64,000 nt of DNA from Macrostomum hystrix (GCA_950097015.1 CATNEN010000038.1:24428001-24492000), one strand, 5' to 3'; counted from the first letter of the stretch, positions 11,387 to 24,994 are shown. Numbers and translations are program-made. The notes: generated by a model not told the origin, from the sequence alone.

Positions 11387-13519
11387 CCCTGCTTATTAGT
11401 AAGTGTCTAACACCTGAATAGGTGTTAAGTCCAATGTCTAACAGGTGAATCGGTGATAAGTCCAGTGTCTTTAACAGGTGAACAGGTGAGGAGAAGGTCA
11501 GTGTCTAATATAATAGGTGAACAGGTGAGGAGAAGGTAGTGTCTAACAGAACAGGGAGGTGCGAAACTCTATTTAGGTTAAAAAAATTGTATGTACTAAT
11601 TACTCTAAATATTTGTTTTACTGATCGGTCTAAAAAAAGTCATAATTATCTTTCGCACATAGTTTTAATTAATTCTCGAATTTGCATTGGATGAAGAGTT
11701 AAGCTGACTAAATGAACTTGTAAAGACTGGGCTTTCGGCATTGCCAAAAAACATTTCTTTAGTATAAACAACTAGCACTCTAAGCCCCCCCCTAGGGAGG
11801 CACTACTGTTCAGACAAAAAATCTTGTGTAATGCAGAAGGATTTACCCTAAATAATTTATGCCCTCCCCTCAATAATTAATTATTCCCACTCGATAATTT
11901 TGATTAACCTCAATTATTCCTACTCGCCCATCCATATTAATGCTTTCCCTTCGAAAATTCATGCTTTCCCTCGATAATGTATTTTTATTCTTCGATAATT
12001 CATGCTACTCTCTCGATTTATCATGTTTCCCTCGATTTCATGCTCCCACTACGAATATTGATGCTCCTCGATAATTAATACTTATCTTTTACTTTTTATA
12101 CTCGTATATTTATGTTTTTGTTTAAAATTCATTACTATGTCGTCGACATGCTTTTCATCGATAATTTTTCTTCCCCTCGATAATTCCTGCTCCTCCCTCG
12201 ATATATTATGCTTTATAATTTATGCTCCCTCTACGATAATTGATGCTTACCCCTCAATAATTCATTCTTTCCCTTCGATAAATCATGCTACTTCCCACAA
12301 TGAATCATTCTATCCTCTTGAAAAATGTGCCATACTCTAGAAGTATTATGTTATCCCCTGTAAAATGTCATTCTTTCTCCTGGAAATCGAATCCGATCTC
12401 TTCAAGAAATCATGATCTATTCCCTAGATGTCAATATTCCCTAGATTATCTAATGATTTTCCAGATTATTGTTATTTACTTAATATCTCATGCTGCTCTT
12501 GATTGATATCTAGCGCAATATTCTTAAGTTTTATGTTTTTAACTTTTTTCGAATTCTTATGCTTTCAAAATGAAAAATAATGATCGCCCCCTGATAAAAA
12601 ACACTTTATTTAAAAAAATAACAAAAAATGTCGCCATTCGTTATAATTAATTTTTTTCTCATAGTTTTGAATCCAATAATGATTGCAGCAATGCTCAAAA
12701 CACTCGCTTAAGTTTAAAAGAAATAATGCTAAAAGCTACGTATGATGGAACAGTACTCTTCATTGAGTTTTGAATCGAAGAACGCTTCAACAGCAAGGCG
12801 TGAAAAATGTTAAAATTAAAAATTAATAACGCTTAGCTGTGCTCAACATGGTTTTTCTCGTTCTGAAAAAGGGCGGTTTGTCCGGCCTTAATATTCAAAT
12901 TTAAATTTGTTTGGCTTCCCAATAGGAAGCATGATAGGAAAACACCTTTTTTTCGAATATTTAATCCGTTTAGCATTGAGACAGAATAATGAAAATTGAT
13001 CAGTTTAATCCATGGTCTAATCCTTGAATTAATTGACACTTTTTGGTGAAAACACGATAAAAATTGGTCTAGCCAAATTGTTTTTCTGTAGCTTTGTATG
13101 AATAAATAAACAAATAAATAAACAATGATGAGACATTGAGTATAGGCAGATCTTAGAATACTTAGAATATTTAATATCTGAAAATATACAAAGCCCTAAA
13201 TAAATTTGCTACAAAAATATTTTTTTAAAGATAAAATTATTTTCAGTTAAAAACTTTCAATTTCTTATTGATTTCCTTCAAGAAATAATAAATTTTTTTG
13301 AGAAAACATTCATCTGTAGTGTCTTTCGCCATTGAATTCACGTTCATTAATAACACGGTAAGATTTCTACAATCTGACAGCCTACATTGATTCTGCATGG
13401 TGTCAAAATTGCTAATAGATAACTGTCTCTCAGTTTTTTAAGGAAATTTAAAACAGTATAGACTTCACTTTCTGGTTGGACAGTTGATTTCCTTAGGACA
13501 GTTCAGAAGTCAAGGTTTT

Positions 13520-16500
13520 CTGTGTCTAACATGCTCGGTTTTTATCTAACAGCTTCGTTCGATTTCCAATGTTTAACAGGTTCGGTTTTTGTGTCTAACA
13601 GGTTCGATTTCCAGTGTCTAACAGTAAAAACGTTTGATTTCCAGTGTCTAACACGTTCGATTATTAGGGTCTAACAGGTTCGTTTATTAGTGTCTAACAG
13701 GTTCGATTTCCAGTGTCTAACAGGTTCCATTTCCGGTGTCTAACAGGTTCGGTTATTATTTTCTACCAGATTCGGTTTCTGTGTCTAACTGGTTCGATTT
13801 CCAGTGTCTAACAGGTTCGATTACCTGAGTCTAACAGGTTCGTTTATTAGTGTCTAACAGGTTCGATTTCCAGTGTCTAACAGGTTCGTTTATTAGTGTC
13901 TAACAGGTTCGATTACCTGAGTCTAACAGGTTCGAGTTCCAGTGTCTAACACGTTCGATTATTTGGGTCCAACAGGTTCGGTTTTTTGTGTCTAACAGGT
14001 TCGATTTCCAGTGTCTAACAGGTACGATTATTAGTGTCTAACTGGTTCGATTATTAGTGTCTAACAGGTTCGATTATTAGTGTCTAACAGGTTCGATTAT
14101 TAGTGTCTAACAGGTTCGATTATTCGTGTCTAACAGGTTCGATTATTAGTGTCTAACAGGTTCGATTATTAGTGTCTAACAGGTTCGGTTTCCAGTGCCT
14201 AACAGGTTCGATTTCCTGAGTCTAACAGGTTCGATTATTAGTGTCTAACAGGTTCGATTATTAGTGTCTAACAGGTTCGATTATTAGTGTCTAACAGGTT
14301 CGATTATTAGTGTCTAACAGGTTCGATTATTCGTGTCTAACAGGTTCGATTTCCAGTGTCTAACAGGTACGATTATTAGTGTCTAACAGGTTCGGTTTTT
14401 GTGTCTAACTGGTTCGATTTCCAGTGTCTAACAGGTTCGATTTCCTGTGTCTAACAGGTACGATTATTAGTGTCTAACAGGTTCGATTATTAGTGTCTAA
14501 CAGGTTCGGTTTTTGTGTCTAACTGGTTCGATTTCCAGTGTCTAACAGGTTCGATTTCCTGAGTCTAACACGTTCGATTATTAGTGTCCAACAGGTTCGG
14601 TTTTTTGTGTCTAACAGGTTCGATTTCCAGTGTCTAACAGGTTCGATTATTAGTGTCTAACAGGTTCGATTATTAGTGTCTAACAGGTTCGATTATTAGT
14701 GTCTAACAGGTTCGGTTTTTTGTGTCTAACAGGTTCGATTTCCAGTGTCTAACAGGTTCGATTTCCAGTGTCTAACAGGTACGATTATTAGTGTCTAACA
14801 GGTTCGATTATTAGTGTCTAACAGGTTCGGTTTTTGTGTCTAACTGGTTCGATTTCCAGTGTCTAACAGGTTCGATTTCCAGTGTCTAACAGGCTCGATT
14901 ATCAGTGTCTAACAGGTTCGATTTCCTGAGTCTAACAGGTTCGATTATTAGTGTCTAACAGGTTCGATTATTAGTGTCTAACAGGTTCCATTATTTGTGT
15001 CTAACAGGTTCGATTATTCGTGTCTAACAGGTTCGATTATTAGTGTCTAACAGGTTCGATTATTAGTGTCTAACAGGTTCGGTTTTTGTGTCTAACTGGT
15101 TCGATTTCCAGTGTCTAACAGGTTCGATTTCCTGTGTCTAACAGGTACGATTATTAGTGTCTAACAGGTTCGATTATTAGTGTCTAACAGGTTCGGTTTT
15201 TGTGTCTAACTGGTTCGATTTCCAGTGTCTAACAGGTTCGATTTCCTGAGTCTAACAGGCTCGATTATCAGTGTCTAACAGGTTCGATTTCCTGAGTCTA
15301 ACAGGTTCGATTATTAGTGTCTAACAGGTTCGATTATTAGTGTCTAACAGGTCCCATTATTTGTGTCTAACAGGTTCGATTATTCGTGTCTAACAGGTTC
15401 GATTATTCGTGTCTAACAGGTTCGATTATTAGTGTCTAACAGGTTCGATTATTAGTGTCTAACAGGTTCGGTTTCCAGTGCCTAACAGGTTCGATTTCCT
15501 GAGTCTAACAGGCTCGATTATCAGTGTCTAACAGGTTCGATTTCCTGAGTCTAACAGGTTCGATTATTAGTGTCTAACAGGTTCGATTATTAGTGTCTAA
15601 CAGGTTCGATTATTCGTGTCTAACAGGTTCGATTTCCAGTGTCTAACAGGTACGATTATTAGTGTCTAACAGGTTCGGTTTTTGTGTCTAACTGGTTCGA
15701 TTTCCAGTGTCTAACAGGTTCGATTTCCTGTGTCTAACAGGTACGATTATTAGTGTCTAACAGGTTCGATTATTAGTGTCTAACAGGTTCGGTTTTTGTG
15801 TCTAACTGGTTCGATTTCCAGTGTCTAACAGGTTCGATTTCCTGAGTCTAACACGTTCGATTATTAGTGTCCAACAGGTTCGGTTTTTTGTGTCTAACAG
15901 GTTCGATTTCCAGTGTCTAACAGGTTCGATTATTAGTGTCTAACAGGTTCGATTATTAGTGTCTAACAGGTTCGATTATTAGTGTCCAACAGGTTCGGTT
16001 TTTTGTGTCTAACAGGTTCGATTTCCAGTGTCTAACAGGTTCGATTTCCAGTGTCTAACAGGTACGATTATTAGTGTCTAACAGGTTCGGTTTTTGTGTC
16101 TAACTGGTTCGATTTCCAGTGTCTAACAGGTTCGATTTCCTGAGTCTAACAGGCTCGATTATTAGTGTCTAACAGGTTCGATTATTAGTGTCTAACAGGT
16201 TCCATTATTTGTGTCTAACAGGTTCGATTATTCGTGTCTAACAGGTTCGATTATTAGTGTCTAACAGGTTCGATTATTCGTGTCTAACAGGTTCGATTTC
16301 CTGAGTCTAACAGGTTCGATTATTAGTGTCTAACAGGTTCGATTATTAGTGTCTAACAGGTTCCATTATTTGTGTCTAACAGGTTCGATTATTCGTGTCT
16401 AACAGGTTCGATTATTAGTGTCTAACAGGTTCGATTATTAGTGTCTAACAGGTTCGGTTTTTGTGTCTAACTGGTTCGATTTCCAGTGTCTAACAGGTTC

Positions 16501-16865
16501 GATTTCCTGTGTCTAACAGGTACGATTATTAGTGTCTAACATGTTCGATTATTAGTGTCTAACAGGTTCGGTTTTTGTGTCTGACTGGTTCGATTTCCAG
16601 TGTCTAACAGGTTCGATTTCCTGAGTCTAACAGGCTCGATTATCAGTGTCTAACAGGTTCGATTTCCTGAGTCTAACAGGTTCGATTATTAGTGTCTAAC
16701 AGGTTCCATTATTTGTGTCTAACAGGTTCGATTATTCGTGTCTAACAGGTTCGATTATTCGTGTCTAACAGGTTCGATTATTCGTGTCTAACAGGTTCGA
16801 TTATTAGTGTCTAACAGGTTCGATTATTAGTGTCTAACAGGTTCGATGTCCAGTGTCTAAAAGGT
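13520..16865. repeat. 23-bp minisatellite: constant GTCTAACAGGTTCG plus a few alternative 9-10 nt linkers, with higher-order blocks
   Basis: Linkers ATTATTAGT, ATTTCCAGT, GTTTTTGT and ATTTCCTGA recur in repeated orders. Confidence 0.95.
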
Positions 16866-17303
16866 TTGATCTACAAACTCGAACACATATCTTAGATTTT
16901 TCAATAAAAAATAACTGAATATTATCTCGACTGAATTAAATATAGTTTAAAATAGAATTTCAAATCTTTCATTTGAAAAAAAATCTGCAGTTTTTTCTGC
17001 AAATCTGGTTGCCACCAGTTTGCAAAATTTCGTTTAGCCATTTTAAGTGGCATTGAAGGGAAATGCATTAAAAATAGGTGCTCATCAGCCTGTCCCTTAA
17101 CCCAAGCTTGCAATTTTCAGCGAAACAATGTTAACTAATTGAAAATCGCATTTTTAAAAGCGGCTATTTTTGGTTTTGAGCAAATAAATGGAATGAAGTC
17201 TGAGTGTCAATGACTCAGGATTAAATTGAATTTATTCTACCGCTGAATTTCAGACTAGATAAAAGTACATTCTGAGGATCGTCTGTAATGGAGCAAAGTA
17301 AAC

Positions 17304-17913
17304 GGTGTGATGTGGAAGATGTGATGTGGATGGTGTGATGTGGATGGTGTGATGTGGATGGTGTGATGTGGATTGTGTGATGTGGATGGTGTGATGTGGA
17401 TGGTGTGATGTGGATGGTGTGATTTGGATTGTGTGATGTGGATTGTGTGATGTGGATGGTGTGATGTGGATGGTGTGATGTGGATGGTGTGATGTGGATG
17501 GTGTGATGTGGAAGGTGTGATGTGGATTGTGTGATGTGGATGGTGTGATGTGGATGGTGTGATGTGGATGGTGTGATGTGGATTGTGTGATGTGGATGGT
17601 GTGATGTGGATGGTGTGATGTGGATGGTGTGATGTGGATGGTGTGATGTGGAAGATGTGATGTGGATGGTGTGATGTGGATGGTGTGATGTGGATGGTGT
17701 GATGTGGATGGTGTGATGTGGATGGTGTGATGTGGATGGTGTGATGTGGATGGTGTGATGTGGAAGATGTGATGTGGATTGTGTGATGTGGATTGTGTGA
17801 TGTGGATGGTGTGATGTGGATGGTGTGATGTGGATGGTGTGATGTGGAAGGTGTGATGTGGATGGTGTGATGTGGATGGTGTGATGTGGATTGTGTGATG
17901 TGGATTGTGTGAT
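17304..17913. repeat. 14-bp minisatellite (GGTGTGATGTGGAT)
   Basis: Direct; same family as 59027-59095 in reverse orientation. Confidence 0.95.
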
Positions 17914-18285
17914 GAGTTATATTTGTCATCTAGCTGAGGCTGCTGACTGTCATTTTGATTGACACATACCAGTTTATTCCAGTTATCCCCCGTCTGTAGT
18001 GACAGATGCAGACACCGGGAATATAATGGGGAAAGCGCGGGCGTTCCGACAATACCAGTTTCCAATTGCACTCTGGCAATCGAAAAATAAATCGAAAAAT
18101 ATATATTTATTTTAAATTTGAAATCGTTTACAATAAAACAGTCGACCCGATGTCTTCAATTATTGTTGAAAACCCTTTGATCAGCGAAGCGTAGCTTGGC
18201 GGAAAAAATGCATTTTTATGACATTTTAAAAGCAACGAAAAAAGCAAATGTGCTTTGTATAGATGAAAAAACGCAACAAAAAAGA

Positions 18286-19995
18286 CAGTCTCACCTACTC
18301 CTGTTCTTATGTCTGTCTCACCTGTTCTCAGGCCTGTCTCACCTGTTCCCTTGTCCGTCTCACCTGTTCCACCTGTCTCACCTATTCCATCTGTCTGCCT
18401 CACTTATTCCATCTGTCTGTCTCACCTATTCCATCTGTCTGTCTCACCTATTCCATCTGTCTGTCTCACCTATTCCATCTGTCTGTCTCACCTATTCCAT
18501 CTGTCTGTCTCACCTATTCCATCTGTCTGTCTCACCTATTCCATCTGTCTGTCTCACCTATTCCATCTGTCTTTCTCACCTATTCCATCTGTCTGTCTCA
18601 CCTATTCCATCTGTCTGTCTCACCTATTCCATCTGTCTGTCTGTCTCACCTATTCCATGTGTCTGTCTCACCTATTCCATCTGTCTGTCTCACCTATTCC
18701 ATCTGTCTGTCTCACCTATTCCATCTGTCTGTCTCACCTATTCCATCTGTCTGTCTGTCTCACCTATTCCATGTGTCTGTCTCACCTATTCCATCTGTCT
18801 GTCTGTCTCACCTATTCCATCTGTCTGTCTGTCTCACCTATTCCATGTGTCTGTCTCACCTATTCCATCTGTCTGTCTCACCTATTCCATCTGTCTGTCT
18901 GTCTCACCTATTCCATCTGTCTGTCTCACCTATTCCATCTGTCTGTCTGTCTCACCTATTCCATCTGTCTGTCTCACCTATTCCATCTGTCTGTCTGTCT
19001 CACCTATTCCATCTGTCTGTCTCACCTATTCCATCTGTCTGTCTCACCTATTCCATCTGTCTGTCTCACCTATTCCATCTGTCTGTCTGTCTCACCTATT
19101 CCATGTGTCTGTCTCACCTATTCCATCTGTCTGTCTCACCTATTCCATCTGTCTGTCTCACCTATTCCATCTGTCTGTCTCACCTATTCCATCTGTCTGT
19201 CTGTCTCACCTATTCCATGTGTCTGTCTCACCTATTCCATCTGTCTGTCTCACCTATTCCATCTGTCTGTCTGTCTCACCTATTCCATGTGTCTGTCTCA
19301 CCTATTCCATCTGTCTGTCTGTCTCACCTATTCCATCTGTCTGTCTGTCTCACCTATTCCATGTGTCTGTCTCACCTATTCCATCTGTCTGTCTCACCTA
19401 TTCCATCTGTCTGTCTGTCTCACCTATTCCATCTGTCTGTCTCACCTATTCCATCTGTCTGTCTGTCTCACCTATTCCATCTGTCTGTCTCACCTATTCC
19501 ATCTGTCTGTCTGTCTCACCTATTCCATCTGTCTGTCTCACCTATTCCATCTGTCTGTCTCACCTATTCCATCTGTCTGTCTCACCTATTCCATCTGTCT
19601 GTCTGTCTCACCTATTCCATGTGTCTGTCTCACCTATTCCATCTGTCTGTCTCACCTATTCCATCTGTCTGTCTCACCTATTCCATCTGTCTGTCTCACC
19701 TATTCCATCTGTCTGTCTGTCTCACCTATTCCATGTGTCTGTCTCACCTATTCCATCTGTCTGTCTCACCTATTCCATCTGTCTGTCTCACCTATTCCAT
19801 CTGTCTGTCTCACCTATTCCATCTGTCTGTCTCACCTATTCCATCTGTCTGTCTGTCTCACCTATTCCATCTGTCTGTCTCACCTATTCCATCTGTCTGT
19901 CTCACCTATTCCATCTGTCTGTCTCACCTATCCCATCTGTCTGTCTGTCTCACCTATTCCATCTGTCTGTCTGTCTCACCTATTCCATCTTTCTG
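18286..19995. repeat. 22/26-bp minisatellite (CTGTCTCACCTATTCCATCTGT) upstream of the neuropeptide gene
   Basis: Direct; source of three spurious ~600-aa ORFs. Confidence 0.95.
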
Positions 19996-20188
19996 TCTAG
20001 CTGCTAAGTGTAATTAGCAGCCATAATCATTAAAATAACTGTAAGTGTAGTTTGAAAGTCACTTATTATCGAGTGTCTAGTCTATCTGTTTTATTTTGAA
20101 TGATTTGAAAAAAAGAAAAAAAATGCTGCCAGAATCGACAATGTCCGCCCGTATGATCGATGCATTCAACATCGCGCGCTCTATTTCC

Positions 20189-20215
20189 ATTGGTCGCGAT
20201 ATTGGCTATATAAAA
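20189..20215 (+). promoter_or_regulatory. Core promoter of the neuropeptide gene: two inverted CCAAT (ATTGG) boxes and TATA box TATATAAAA
   Basis: ATTGG at 20189 and 20201; TATATAAAA at 20207-20215; followed by a 5'UTR intron CAG|GTAAGT 20274 to TTTAG 20361, ATG 20378 and AATAAA 20890. Confidence 0.65.
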
Positions 20216-20377
20216 TCTGGCGCATAACGTTAAAACAAAAAATTACTCCGACATTCGCTAGTAAAAATCTCAGGTAAGTGTTTAATAAATGCCGTTATGA
20301 TTTAGATTTAATTAGTAATAAACCCTCATAGAATTATTCCGTTCGCTACCCAATCCTTTAGACCGTCTTGACAAGCA

Positions 20378-20776
20378 ATGACCAACAAAAAGTTTGCTCT
20401 ACTGTCGCTTCTGCTGTGTCAGTTGCTACTCCTTGTCGATGTTGGCTTCTGCTATCCTCGCGCTGCCAGAATCGACGACCCGAAGGAACGTGAAGACTTT
20501 GTCCGACTGATGCGACATCTGCTGCTTGAAGAAGACCTTCTGCTGAAGCAGAATGAGAACAAGCAGCAGCAGCAGCGGACTGCTATGGTGAACGCTGACA
20601 CGGTCAAGACACCGTCTGAGCATGCCGATAGGGATCAAGATGCGTTTAAAGAACTCCTGGAGAGGTCGATGGCTTCGGCCTTAGCTGCGGCTGCAGTGCC
20701 CGCAACTCCGGCCGGCCCGGTGGTGCGGCGCCGATCGAATGTTACACCGTGCCTGCTGAAATTCTGCACCTGGTGA
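20378..20776 (+). CDS. Secreted neuropeptide precursor, 132 aa; predicted mature C-terminal cyclic peptide SNVTPCLLKFCTW (CNMamide-/urotensin-II-like)
   Basis: Hydrophobic signal peptide (MTNKKFALLSLLLCQLLLLVDVGFC), charged spacer, tribasic RRR convertase site, terminal 13-mer with C-x4-C; complete promoter, intron and polyA context. Confidence 0.85.
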   Translation: MTNKKFALLSLLLCQLLLLVDVGFCYPRAARIDDPKEREDFVRLMRHLLLEEDLLLKQNENKQQQQRTAMVNADTVKTPSEHADRDQDAFKELLERSMASALAAAAVPATPAGPVVRRRSNVTPCLLKFCTW

Positions 20777-22966
20777 TAGCATGCAGTCCGGGCTTGTTTA
20801 ACTGGAAGCACGATCAATGCCTCATTGAATTAATTAAACTGGGACTGACTCAAATTAAACTAAGGCCGTATATATGGTTGTGCTTCAAGAATAAAAAGTA
20901 TGCTACGCTATTATAATAAGAAACACGCTCATACTGTAGTTTTTTAATCCGAGCGTTTTAGACGATATTGATAAAGTAACTGAACGAAACCATTCTTGAA
21001 GGTTAATATTAGTTTAATAAACACTACTATAACTATAAAATGGACGAGGCCAACTAAAAATAATGCCACCTCTCTATGACATTTATAATGACGTGCTGCA
21101 GCAAATATTGAATTTTGTCTTTTTTAATCGCTTTTGCTTCTAGTGAAAGTACTTCCACGCAGCATCGCAAAAATATGAAAAAATCAACACTGCCTCGAAT
21201 GCCTCATCAACCTTTCCAGTCCCACAATTATCAGCTGCTGATCTATTCTCTCTGTGTCGCGATCAAAATCAATTTTAGGAATTAGAATCATTACATTTAC
21301 ACCGGAGACAAAAGCCTGTGTAGCCGCCTTAGTCTCGATAAAAATAACAGAGGCCGTTCAGTCTACATGCAGTTGCTATCTTTAACAGACTTCGAAAATA
21401 ACACACACACTTATTGATCATTGCATTTTGCGTTTAATATATGATACGATGTGTGGGCAGTTAATACAAAATTTTTAACCCACATTGTAGGAAGGCACAC
21501 GGCAGTTAAATTTGGCGATGCAATACGGTAATCCAACGCAAAAGTTGTCCTGATTGGTTTGTGCGTGCAAGTTGTATTTAAACTTTTGTCTCCATCAAGG
21601 CAACGAGAAGGGCAGATCAGAAATATAAAAATGATCTTGCCATAAAATAAAATCTCTCAAGGAAAGATTGCTCCCTTTTATTTGAAGTTTTCATAAAATT
21701 ATGTCTAATTTGTTATACGCAAGTTTTTTTTAACTTAGCAACCTCGTGTCGTCATTAATAAGCTCATTGAACTACTCGCAATGCAAGCAATTTGATTATC
21801 AACTAGGCTAACCCGATACAGCTGACAACTGGGTCCAATAGATAAAGTATAAACCTTACTTATCGTCGCGACTCTTTCCTGCTTCGCCGCTGTTTGAACT
21901 TTTGCTCTCATTAAAACTTAACTTTTGCATCCAAAAGTTATTCATGAAACTATTCACATTAAACTATTTATTTACTTCTATCGAATTGTAGGCATATCGA
22001 CTGCAAGTGGAACTAGTTTTGTTAGGCCTAGGCCCAGAACAAAATATAGCTGGTCATCTCTTAGATAGCTAGGCTAGCATAAGGGCCTATAAGTTGTTTA
22101 TTGTTCTATTTATTGTATTTTATTATTGCTTATTAGCGCTTTTTAGGCCTATAGGCTTAGGCCTATCTGGCTTATTTTAGGCCTATCCCTAGATGGACTG
22201 ACAGAAGTCATCGGACATTGTATCACTTGAATGACCATGTTTGCATTTTGTGTAAACGAAATCAAAATGTATAGTATAGGCCTACAAGTAGGGCAGGGCA
22301 AGGAACTAGTTTTTTGAGAGTAAAAGACTCTAAGTAAGTAGAATTTACATTTTTTGTTGCTTTATTTCTTTAATGGCCAGCTTTAGACCAAATCAGATTG
22401 TCATGCTTTTCCACATTTGCCTAGGCCTATGTTGGGTTTGAAGCTTGTTACTAATTACCAATTTGGTAATGATAGTTACTTTTTTGCAACATTTTTTTCA
22501 TTTCTACAGGCTAGGCCTAGGCCCTAGTAAAAAAATGAAGGCCAAACAACTTGCTACTAACAGTCTGCATTTTCTAATACCTGTTTTCATTACTGGTTTC
22601 AAAAAAGAAATTAACAGCACTAGGCCCTTTAAGGGCCGCCCTTATAAACTATTTTATTGGCTATATTAAAAACATTTTAAATTGTAGGCCCCTACTATTT
22701 TTTAATGACAAGAAAAATAGTCACCTTTATAATATTAGCAACTATTTCTTTTGAGGTCTTTGTTTTACATTGATACATTTTATTTTGATTTGAAGTTTTT
22801 AGTTTTTGTTGCAAACTCCAAACTTGCAAAATATTTTTCAATAAATCCATAGACTGACCATACTTTATAGTCTGTTACTTTAATCTGATGACAATTTTAT
22901 TATGAATCTAATCTTAAATCTTTATGTGATCTCATGGTCAAGAGCAGTGAGACTGATAATGATAAT

Positions 22967-23245
22967 CATATATGCGCAACCTCCCAAATCTTAGCAGGCC
23001 GTGTGACTTAGTTTTTATTTAGTTTGCTCTCATTTGTGACTTAGTTCATTTCATTGCTCTATTTATGACTTAGTTTGCTCTCATTTGCTCTCTTTTTCTC
23101 TCCCCTTTTCCTTTTCTTCACACCTTCCTTTTTGTCCCTTGGTCCCCCCTTTGATTTTTTTGCGCTTGTTTGATTGGTTTTTGTGACTTACCTTGCTTGG
23201 CCCTTGTTTCACCTGGCCAGATCGGCCGGGTGTTGCACATGTATG
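22967..23245. mobile_element. MITE copy 1 (279 bp), imperfect TIR CATAYATGYGCAAC, 8-bp TSD ATGATAAT
   Basis: ATGATAAT|CATATATGCGCAAC ... GTTGCACATGTATG|ATGATAAT. Confidence 0.85.
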
Positions 23246-23747
23246 ATGATAATGGAGTCTACAAAGTTGGCATTGTTGGAGATTACAACATATGATATGA
23301 GTAATAGCAAATAAACAAAGGTACACATATTTACAAAATGCAAATATAAAATTTGTACATTTATGATCAAAGTATTAAAAAGTAACAACTAAATGTAGCA
23401 ACAGTAACTATTTTTTTGGTATTATTTGTTACCTAATATTTTCATTAGGGCCTACCAAATCATTAGTAATGAATGTTACCACCACCATTGTTATTTTTTT
23501 GGTAATGCACCCAATACTGGTGATTTCTAGTTAGTATGCAGTGAATATGCTAGTGACATAGACCATGGAGCATCTGACAAGACCATGAGTTTAGAATTCT
23601 CGTGATTAACTGCTTTGTATGTAAAGATAATCTCATGTTTTTTAACTGCTCAAATTTAGTAGACTTATTAAATTGTATTTACTGTTTTAGTACTTGGTGG
23701 AGCAAATAGCACTGTAGCACAGAACAACAAAATATGCTATTGAAAAT

Positions 23748-24028
23748 CATACATGCCCAACCTCCCAAATCTTAGCCGGCCGTGCTACTTAGTTTTTGCT
23801 CTCATTTGCAACTTAGTTCGTTTCATTGCTCTATTTACGACTTAGTTTGCTCTCATTTGCTCTCTTTTTCTCTCCCCTTTTTCCTTTTCTTCACACCTTC
23901 ATTTTTTGTCCCTTGGTCCCCCCTTTGATTTTTTTGTGCTTGGTTGATTGGTTTTTGCGACTTACCTTGCTTGGCCCTTGTTTCACCTGGCCGGTTCGGC
24001 CGGGTTGGCCAGGTGTTGCGCATTTATG
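23748..24028. mobile_element. MITE copy 2 (281 bp), same family, 8-bp TSD TTGAAAAT
   Basis: TTGAAAAT|CATACATGCCCAAC ... GTTGCGCATTTATG|TTGAAAAT; internal sequence closely matches copy 1. Confidence 0.85.
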
Positions 24029-24761
24029 TTGAAAATAAGTACCTAAACTCAAGATCAGAAGGCATTTGGGTTCAAACAAAGGTAACACCACCAACAGTTT
24101 CCTGTGTGACAGTGTCATCTAGCCTGAATGAGTCAATATAGCTAGTGCCAAGTCTTGGCCTGTATAAAATATTCATATATTTATCTTTTAGAAAGATCTT
24201 GAAGCTCAGAAGTTAAAAGTTCTTTTAGAATAAATGATAATAGAATTAATTCAGCAATGAATTAATTCAAGATCAAGAAATCAAGAAATTCTCTTTTGCT
24301 TCACCAGCATTTCGCAATTATGATATGGCCATGAATTCAAAATTATGATTGTGAAATCACAGCTTCTTGATCCAAATTGTGACCTTGTCTGACCTCTTCG
24401 AAAAATAGCATAACCATCTCAGAGCACGTCTTTAGAGCATAGAGTATATAGTAACTAAGAATGTTCACGGGGTCACAAAAGGACTTTATGACCTGGCTAG
24501 CACAAAAGTGACTATATATAGGGACTAGCTTTTTTTGCCCGTTGTTTTTGGGGCAGAAATTTAAAGCAAAGCAGTAAGCAATTCACGTCTCTGTATTAAC
24601 TTTATAGTGAAGGTCACCATTTATTTATTTACTGCATTAATGAAAAGTGAAGAGTTTGTTTAATGGCGTTTTAAGTAAAAAATAAGTGAAAAGTTTGTCC
24701 AAACAGCCCCCTCTTGATTACTTCTTTAGAAACATGTCTCTTAGCCACTCCTCTATACAGT

Positions 24762-24994
24762 CAGTGGCAGATCCAGGAATTTTGTTTTGGGGCGGTCTGT
24801 CAGGGGAGCGCCATGAGAATCACAGAGGGGGTGCCAGCGGGCGAAAAAGGGCGCCAGGAGCCAAGAAAGGGCGCCAGCGGCTGAAAAGGGGCGCCAGTGC
24901 TGCGACTGGCGCCCCTGGTGGGGGCATCTTATTCCCATGATTAAAATTTAGGGGGGCGACTGCCCCCCCGCCCCCCCCCCTAAATCTGCCTCTG
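24762..24994. mobile_element. hAT-like MITE (233 bp) nested in the Helitron
   Basis: TATACAGT|CAGTGGCAGATCCAGG ... CCTAAATCTGCCTCTG|TATACAGT: imperfect TIRs starting CAG and an 8-bp TSD. Confidence 0.85.

Noticed and set aside
13520-16865. CRISPR-like repeat-spacer array
   Set aside because: Linkers are only 9-10 nt, drawn from a few recurring variants rather than unique spacers; no cas genes; eukaryotic context.
22020-22700. TAGGCCTA-rich stretch as a possible element
   Set aside because: Scattered motif with no definable termini, TSD or period.
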